Of a stretch of 64,000 nt of DNA, positions 56,060 to 64,000 are shown in pieces. The stretch comes from Octopus vulgaris. Lineage: Eukaryota. Position 1 is the stretch's first letter. The number at the start of each line of letters is the position of its first letter. Both the position numbers and the translations under genes were made by a program. The stretch lies in assembly GCA_951406725.2 (NCBI GenBank), contig OX597814.1, forward strand, positions 65,534,001 through 65,598,000, read 5' to 3'. The notes below the pieces were generated by a model, which saw nothing but the letters and a program-made list of their open reading frames with translations, was not told the DNA's origin and did no database searches.

Positions 56060-57336
56060 TTATTTTATATATCACAGGCACCCATCATCGTTCCCATCAC
56101 ATCACCAACTCTTTTATCTGGACTTCTAGTAATGTCATTTATTGTAGCTCCTGCTCTTTCTGCCCTTCCCTGTACATCGGTCAAACGCGACGCTGCTTGG
56201 CCGACCGGTTCGCGGGGCACCTCCGAGACATCATATTCCGCAATGACACCCTGGTATCGCGCCATTTCCGCTCTACCGGTCATTCACTACGAAATCTGTG
56301 GGCGTTCGGACAGTCTTTTCACAGGGACCATTAGGACTTCTGCCTTCGCTGTGAACAGGATTTCAACTTCTCTCTTCCCTCCTTTGTACTACATAGGCTC
56401 AACTTCCCTCCTCTCTTCATCTGACACCTACCGCCTCTCTTCCCTCCTACCTACATCCTCTTTTCATTGATAACACTCCCCACTCCACAGTTCACATCAC
56501 CTACCACACCACCACACCACACTACCCCACACTTCTCCCCACACACTAGCACCGACTACTTCCCAGCACCCACACCTCACACTGTCATCTACACACCCAC
56601 ACACGATCTGCAATAGCGTCATCACACATACTACTATATGAGCAACCACACACTGTGTAACTCAGTACGTACACCACTCAACATCACGCACACTCCCACA
56701 CTCACACAAGCATATAATATCTGAACGGAGACAATATATACTCCCACGCCCACACAATACATAACACCTGAACACATGGTATATATGCATACACACGCTA
56801 CAAACACAAAATTAACTTACGACCACATACACACCATACACATGAACACTGTTTGGTCACAGGCATATGAACACACACACATATGTGCATACATTACGTG
56901 AAAAAGTACACTCCAATTGTTGCGCATAACACACGCACGTTACACACGCACACACATACGCACTCACTCAGATACACCTCAGTCAGTAGCTCCTATTGAC
57001 ACACACACACTCTTACACATTCGCACTCAACTTTCTCAGATAGACACATGTGCACCTACATTTGGGATCACCAGTACTTTTTTATCTCCCTTTCTTTCAA
57101 CCTCTTCTTTCAAACATATTTCCTAATAATTGGCCATGCTTGACCGCTGAATCTACAAGTTTCTATTTTATATTCTCTCCCGGATTATTTGTTTAATTTG
57201 TCTTATTCCTTTCTGTTGAAAAGCGTAGACTCGAAACGTAAAAGACTGTTTCATTATTCCCGATGGTCAAACTAATACACCTGCCTGTTGCTCAAGCACC
57301 TGTTTTCGTCTTTTGTTTTTCTATAGATTTCAACTA
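56060..57336 (+). mobile_element. 5'-truncated Penelope-like element: GIY-YIG remnant, CA-rich 3' region and terminal hammerhead-like motif
   Basis: ITNSFIWTSSNVIYCSSCSFCPSLYIGQTRRCLADRFAGHLRDI...VSRHF (ORF 55975-56334). Motif cttt-ctgttgaa-aagcgtagactc-gaaacgta-aaag at 57209-57244. Ends in a long (TA)n. Confidence 0.8.
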
Positions 57337-57341
57337 TATAT

Positions 57342-57454
<113 letters not shown>

Positions 57455-57524
57455 TACATATGTATTTATGAATATATATATATATACACACATATATATA
57501 TGTATATATATATAGGTATATATG

Positions 57525-57618
<94 letters not shown>

Positions 57619-57935
57619 ATATGTATTTTTGTGCGTGCGCATATGGAATAGTATTATATTCCCCTCAGACTATAGAGTACCAGTTTATAGGAAAGGAAGT
57701 GAAATGGGAAGTTGTGACAGTCATGCTTTATGATATTAATGATCTTTCACAAGGATAACAGCATCGCAAGTGAAGCGATTCAAACTAAAGTCGGATCAGA
57801 GAAGATATTCAGTTCAACTCGACTTTCTGCCATACATCAGTACCTCCCATATCTATATCTGTGTGTGTGTACGTACACTTCATCCCCATGAATATACATA
57901 CATAAATACACACGCACGGATATATATACATTACT

Positions 57936-57983
<48 letters not shown>

Positions 57984-58085
57984 TAATAATAAGGGTGAAA
58001 TTAATTAATTGAATAATTATCAATTACACCAAGTAGATTTGCATGTAAAGCCCCATTCGAGGAAAATTTAGTATCAAATATTGAG

Positions 58086-58170
58086 ACAAACGAATTTGAA
58101 ATAGCATCAAAGAGATATAGCTATTCCTTCTATAGCTATATCTCTTTGATTATTTCTAAATTCGTTGTTG
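58086..58170. repeat. Hairpin with a perfect 19-bp stem and 7-nt loop, inside a ~220-bp insert between (TA)n tracts
   Basis: atcaaagagatatagctat (58106-58124) / atagctatatctctttgat (58132-58150), extending imperfectly ~20 bp further out. Confidence 0.8.
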
Positions 58171-58197
58171 GTGACAATTGTCTAACCTTAATTACTA

Positions 58198-58247
<50 letters not shown>

Positions 58248-59646
58248 ATATATACATACATACATATTACACATATATACATATGTACATTATTACAAAC
58301 ACAAATGCCCATATATATGTGTGTGTAGTGTGCGTGTTATTTACTGACACACGCACATACATGGGCATATATGTTGGTATTAACTAATAGAAGACAAATT
58401 ACCCGATACTATATTTAAGTGTAAAAATCTATCTCGGTCAATGCAACTAGCTCGTTATTTTACTGTTTGTAATACTTTTCTATATTTTGGTTTGGAAATG
58501 AACGTGTTACTGAGAACACCAAATGGAATCAACTTCCAGCAACTACGTAAATTTCTTTTTGTCTCTTAAAATCAACATGTTTCTCAGTTATATGACGACA
58601 GCAAGACAGCCAGAGGTCATGTTATGCAACAAGTGGTTGCTGTATGTATTTGAAGCTCATCAATAGAACGTATCATAGTTCTAATTGTGATCTAGTCTCT
58701 GCCAGTACGGGCATCAACCCTTGACATGTTTCTGTCATATTAGTTCTCTCTTCATTATATCATTGCCATCTATGTTTTTGTCAAGATAGGATTAAGTTGA
58801 TGTTAGTAATTTAGTTGTTTTCTTCTTTCCGTAAAGTAGTTTATATTCATTATATATATTTCCTCATCACATCAAATAAGATGGTTAAATTTTAACTTTT
58901 GTTTTTCACGTTCATGGCTAATTTCTTTTGCAATTTAATAATATGTCGCCTAACTTTCAGCGTTTAGAAAATCTAGTGGTTAACTACTGCAATAACCTGC
59001 TACAACTATCACTAATTGAACTGCTGCTCCACTCGTAAAGAGCTTTAATGCAGTTTTTGTACTGAAAACTACTCACAAGATGAAGAATACAGAACACGGA
59101 GTTGTGAAGTGGGATCGAAACTGATACATATCATTCATTAGTGATCAGCTTAAAATTACCGCTCTCTAATACATACATACATACATACATACATACATAC
59201 ATACATACATACATACATACATACATACATACATACATACATACTACCGATTTCAGCAAAATGAATGAATGTTTCTTTATTTGATCAGTATTGCTTTGAT
59301 AGAGCAATGTTGTGAAAGACAAGACGAGAGAAATGGTAAGAGGAAAGGAGACAGTGATTATAAATTGCGTTCCGAATGTTGTTTGCCTGGACATGAATTT
59401 TGTCGTATTTATAAGAAAGCAGACATCTAGAAGGAGGAAAATATCAGGGGTGCTAAAGAGGTGTGGGGTCGTTTGAACTCTCCGTACGCTAGGAAGATTA
59501 GAGATGAAGTGGATGACAATATATTTCACTTGACAAGGTAGCACGTGGTTAATAACTGTTACCTTCTTCCATTGTCCCGTAGTGAGAAGTAAGTTATATT
59601 TCCCTGTCATGGGAATGGAATGGGAATGAGCTGTAAGGGGACAATG

Positions 59647-60494
59647 GGATCTTTTCGGTTTGAACGGAAGTTTGTAACATAATTTCTAGGTAACTAAAAA
59701 ATTTTAAACTTCGTATACTGGTAGAATGTGTTTATAAAACATCATTTTCTCTTGGCTTTATTGAGAAAATTCTATAGTTTGTAAGATATTTCGTCTTTAA
59801 TTTCTTGAATTTCGGCAATTTTAACCAATCGCTGACCGTCCATTGAGGTGAATGCATTCTGTGCGTCATCAATATGTCACTCGTTTAAGAAACAGATTGG
59901 GTTGATGTACATTTGTGATGAAAAAAAGATATCTTTCCCCCACCCCTAACCCTAACCTTAACCCTAAGTAACCCTAAATCTAAAATAGATTGAAATGCAA
60001 TAGATCGATACTAGGGTTATAATTATGGGTGACAATTTCATACGACACTGCTAGGGAAAATGGGAGTTTTTCGTAGCGGTGTCAAATGAAACTATCACCC
60101 ATAATTATGATCCTAGTATCGATCTATTGCATTTCAACCTATTTTAGATTTAGGGTTAGTTAGGGTTAGTTATGGTTAGTTAGGGTTAGGGTTAGGGGTG
60201 GGGGAAGGGGATCTTTTTTTCTTCACAAATGTAAATAAACCCAATCTGTTTCTTAAACGAGTGACATATTGATGACGCACAGAATGCTTTCACCTCAATG
60301 GACGGTCAGCGATTGGTTAAAATTGCCGAAATGCAAGAGATTAAAGACGAAATATCTTACAAACTATAGAATTTTCTCAATAAAACCAAGAGAAAATGAT
60401 GTTTTATAAACACATTCTACCAGTATACGAAGTTTAAAATTTTTTAGTTACCTAGAAATTATGTTACAAGCTGCCGTTCAAACCGAAAAGATCC
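59647..60494. mobile_element. Palindromic 848-bp MITE/fold-back with a 7-bp TSD and internal TTAGGG-like repeats
   Basis: Termini ggatcttttcggtttgaacgg / ccgttcaaaccgaaaagatcc. Arms pair almost to the centre (~60061-60066). gacaatg is duplicated at 59640-59646 and 60495-60501. Confidence 0.92.
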
Positions 60495-60729
60495 GACAAT
60501 GTTTTTGAGATTCCGGTTCGAATGTAAGGCAGGTTTGAAAGGGTTCTCAACAGTTATTAGTAGCAGTGGTAGAGTGTTTATGATGAATATGTATGCATGT
60601 ATGTATATATGTGAGGTAATAGTTTCACTTTGATAGTGAAATTATTAAAGTGAAATTGTTTGACATTACAATAGAGAGATGTTGTTTCACTTCTGACACG
60701 TAATACTGAAATAATGTAAGAGATAAGAG

Positions 60730-60937
60730 ATTACTCGTATCATTACGCACTAGGCAAGAAGCTGAAAGTTTTTTGGCCCATGACACTGCATGAACCGTAA
60801 GTAACGCATGTGTAAAATTTGAATGATATAGGTTGGGTAGTTCTCGAGATTTAGAGATTCACACACACAGACACACACAAACACACACACTGACACAGAG
60901 ACAGACTGATACACATTCTCATCTTTATATATATATC
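60730..60937 (-). mobile_element. Putative non-autonomous Helitron 5' end
   Basis: Minus strand reads tatataaagatgagaatgtgt, a TG/TC microsatellite, then aatctcgagaactac...aaattttacac. This layout resembles invertebrate Helitron 5' ends and is similar to 63795-63900. Confidence 0.4.
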
Positions 60938-61439
60938 AGATGAGTTAGAGATGTAAGTGTACATATTTAGAGTCTTAAGTTTATTTCTATACGCTACAAA
61001 TTCCCCCCACAATACTCGCCCTCTAACTTACTATTCACCTGCATTATCTTGTGCTTTTACCTGTGCTCTGAAGTTCTTATTTTGTATAATTACCTCATTG
61101 ATAATCAGATTCGTTTTCAAGAAATGATATGTGTGAAATAGTAATGAATTGTTAATGACAATGAATAATTAATCAATTCTGTAATTATCATCAAGCGTAG
61201 AAATAAGTGAATCACATATTGGAATCATGTTTATAAAATATATACAGGAGGAAAAGGCGATTAAAAGGAATTAGAGATAATTTAGGGAGACAAACACTAA
61301 AATAAATAAACCGTGGCTGATTAAATGGCGCAGCTACTGAAAGAGAAAATATTGCCATCACTACAATAGAAATTTAGAGAGAGATTAAGGCAACAAATAA
61401 AGGTGAAGGAAGAGAAGTTAAAGGATGTGGACAAGGAGG

Positions 61440-61693
61440 GGGAGGGGGAAGAAGACGAAGAAGAAGAAGAAGAAGAAGAAGAAGAAGAAGAAGAAGAAGA
61501 AGAAGAAGAAGAAGAAGAAGAAGAAGAAGACGAAAAAGAAGAAGAAGAAGAAGTACAAGAAGAACACCACCACCAACAACAACAGCGAAAATGACAACAA
61601 TAATAACAACAACGACAATCTGCCACAACGAAAACATGAAGAAAATGTTTTAGTGCATCAATATGAGGAGAAAAAGTACAATACCTAAGGGAC

Positions 61694-61748
<55 letters not shown>
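61440..61748. repeat. (GAA)n, (CAA)n and (TAA)n microsatellites
   Basis: Directly visible. They are the source of the poly-E/K/F/S ORFs in the track. Confidence 0.95.
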
Positions 61749-61750
<2 letters not shown>

Positions 61751-62303
61751 GCCCTGATGCTGTACCAGGCAGTGGCTCTCATGGCACCTGATCTTAACTG
61801 ATTGGAAGTGTTATCATGTACATTGTTTTGTCTTGGTATAAAAGATGGGCTACAGCAAATATTCTGCTCAATACCACAGATTTGCTTGTCAGTTGTTTGA
61901 CCGTAACCAGTTGAGCATGTCCCTTAGTGGCTGACGATATGTGCATCTCTGATCACGAGCAGAAGTAGTGGGGGAGCATCATAGCCATGTGTTGAGAGGG
62001 ATTCTTTGGGGTTTGAATAGTTCACCTCTGGAAACATGGGTGGTTCTTTCAACATCCTTAAACAACCCTTATTCAGGGACCGTTTGAGCGGGATGGGCTA
62101 CTCAACCTGAAGAAAATTCTAACTGGGCTCCACCTGCAAGGTCATGTGCTGTTTATCTTGATATGAGATCACCATGTCGCGCACATATGGTTGTGATGCA
62201 TGTGCCTGGTGTACCTTTATCAGACGGGTAGTCATGATGGTATATTGGGCTTCGTATATTTTACCCCAGTGTCACTTTGATGGCATGAACTGCTCTCTCA
62301 CTC
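61749..62303 (+). mobile_element. Non-coding ~555-bp interspersed element flanked by (TAA)n
   Basis: Sharp boundaries with (TAA)n on both sides, a second partial copy at 51773-52030, no ORF and no obvious tRNA head. Strand is inferred from the (TAA)n polarity of the Dong-like inserts. Confidence 0.7.
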
Positions 62304-62329
62304 AATAATAATAATAGTAATAACTTCTT

Positions 62330-63410
62330 AGCAACAGGTGTGTAGATGAGAGGAATATCACAAGAACAATCTCCAATCTGTTTGAGGTTTTACATGAAGG
62401 GTGAGGTGAAGGAAATGGAAAAGATGGTGAGATGAGATTGACGCACCATTAATGTTATCACAAACTAACTGATTGTATGAATGATGCAGTTCTCACAATA
62501 CAGGGGAAATTCCAACTAGGCAAATCAAGGAATCCTACAAATGCAGGAAAAGCCTTACAACCAAAGGCATCAGTCTTTGCCCAAAAGTTGTTCTCTAATC
62601 TACAGGCGTATCGCTATGTGTGGCGTATCCACTGTGCGTGTCTTTACTTAAGTAGCTGTGGCCTCCCAAGTTCCTTCTAGGAGACGAATGAATACATTGC
62701 ATTATAGTTTGAAATCCATTCCTTCAATGTTGGTATTTTTCAAAAGTTGTTTCAACTGGCTAGGATATTCTTGTAGATTTGGCAAGAAAACCTTATCATT
62801 ATGGCAACAATTAAGTGTTTCCTGCGGAAATCTATGTTAATGACATTGCGGGAATACTACGTTCTCTCACCAATCGTAAATTGAGAATTTTGTTGTTCTT
62901 TTATTATATTCCGTCTTCTTATTTGAGCTCTGTCTGCCATAAGATAATTCTGTATTTCAGCTTCGTCCATATTTTTCCTTCTGTCTTGAACTCTGTTTCT
63001 CATATCTTGAAGGTAATTCTGCCTTTCATCTTCGTCCATATGTTGCCTTTTTTGTTAAACTCTGTTTCTCTTATTGTCTAAGTACAGCTGCTTTGCTCTT
63101 GACTCATGTGTTCTCGATTCTGTAGGTCTCTATCTTATTTTGAAAATACATTTCTCTTTGGTCCTGGCTCATTTGTTCTATCCATTGCTAATTTATTTCC
63201 GTTCTACCCCATAGGATACGCTCCCTTTCCTCTTCACTTATTTCGTTTCTTATGTGTCTCATCCTCGCGCGATGTTTATTCGTTATTTCTTCCTGCTTGT
63301 CCTCGCACAATCGGTCTCTCCTTCTACGCTGATGTTCACGTTCTGCGTCTCTATGCGACAGTGTTTATTTCCACCACGCGACACTTATTATCGCAAACAT
63401 GTTCTAACTA
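62330..63410 (-). mobile_element. Helitron Rep/helicase remnant (N-terminal region, internally deleted)
   Basis: Minus strand has charged repeats (MDEDERQNYLQDMRNRVQDRR), then RFPQETLNCCHNDKVFLPNLQEYPSQLKQLL (cf. Helitron CC..GKV.LP....P..LK.LL), and a possible decayed PFGGK-like segment near 62555. Confidence 0.6.
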
Positions 63411-63449
63411 ACCCAAACTATATACACGAACATATATATATATATATAT

Positions 63450-63717
63450 CACGTGATCACGTGACCAACCAGGCCATCAGATGTTGTTACACATCGCTGG
63501 TGACTCAAACGCTGGTCTAGCCTTCGAATGATGTCACTCCGCTGCTTAAGCGAGCAGGCCAAAGAGTGGTGAAAGAGTACAGCAGGGATCACCACCCCCT
63601 GCCCGTGGACCTTTAGGGTGTTTTAGCTCAATAAACACTCACAACGCCTGGTCTGGAATCGAAACCGCGATCCTACGACCGCGAGTCTGCTGCCCTAACC
63701 ACTGGGCCATTGCGCCT

Positions 63718-63721
<4 letters not shown>
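63450..63721 (-). mobile_element. tRNA-derived SINE
   Basis: Minus strand GTGGAGGCGCAATGGCCCAGTGGTTAGGGC...GGTTTCGATTCC head. Body similar to 9620-9790; tail matches 10736-10860. Confidence 0.8.
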
Positions 63722-63794
<73 letters not shown>

Positions 63795-63801
<7 letters not shown>

Positions 63802-64000
63802 CTGAAATGCGTTTTTACCGCTTGGATCGCTTTCAATGCCACTACGACCCGTCCGATTCGCTCCAAAATTTACAGGGACATGTAGAATGAGGTGACGATG
63901 CGCGTGGGCTACCTTAGAAATCCCTATCTTAAAAGGTGTGGTTGTTAGGGGCCATCTTCTTCACTCACACTATTTCCTTCTTTCCCTCTCTTACTCCCCT
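63795..64000 (+). mobile_element. Possible Helitron-type 5' end, truncated by the window edge
   Basis: (TA)n-ataaagctgaaat...ccgattcgctccaaaatttacagg, the same style as 60730-60937. Confidence 0.3.

Noticed and set aside
59943-60200. True telomere or chromosome fusion site (inverted CCCTAA/TTAGGG tracts)
   Set aside because: The repeats are short, degenerate and internal to a palindromic element with a TSD.
61321-61782. Poly-Glu/Lys/Phe/Ser ORFs
   Set aside because: (GAA)n microsatellite read in different frames.

Overview
AT-rich animal genomic DNA packed with microsatellites. The SINE and transposon content looks like an octopus/cephalopod genome (inference, not a database result). The only host-gene sequence I can support is the terminal coding exon of a LIM-homeobox Lhx2/9 (apterous-type) gene on the minus strand (26935-27279, starting VWFQNARAKYRRN). 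I found no upstream exon, so the rest of the window above 27280 is probably one intron of more than 36 kb. Everything else is repeats and decayed mobile elements: tRNA-derived SINEs, Tc1/mariner/maT/pogo fossils, a CR1-like RT fragment, Helitron remnants, MITEs, three Penelope-like (GIY-YIG) remnants and R4/Dong-like insertions in (TAA)n. Most ORFs in the track are microsatellite artefacts. The most interesting signal is a recurring set of fold-back (inverted-repeat) elements inserted in (TA)n tracts, several with minimal type I hammerhead ribozyme motifs. The best case is a ~1.95-kb non-coding fold-back with identical hammerheads at both ends, about 4.7 kb downstream of the Lhx2/9 stop. All alignments and folds were done by eye, so boundaries of old elements are approximate.
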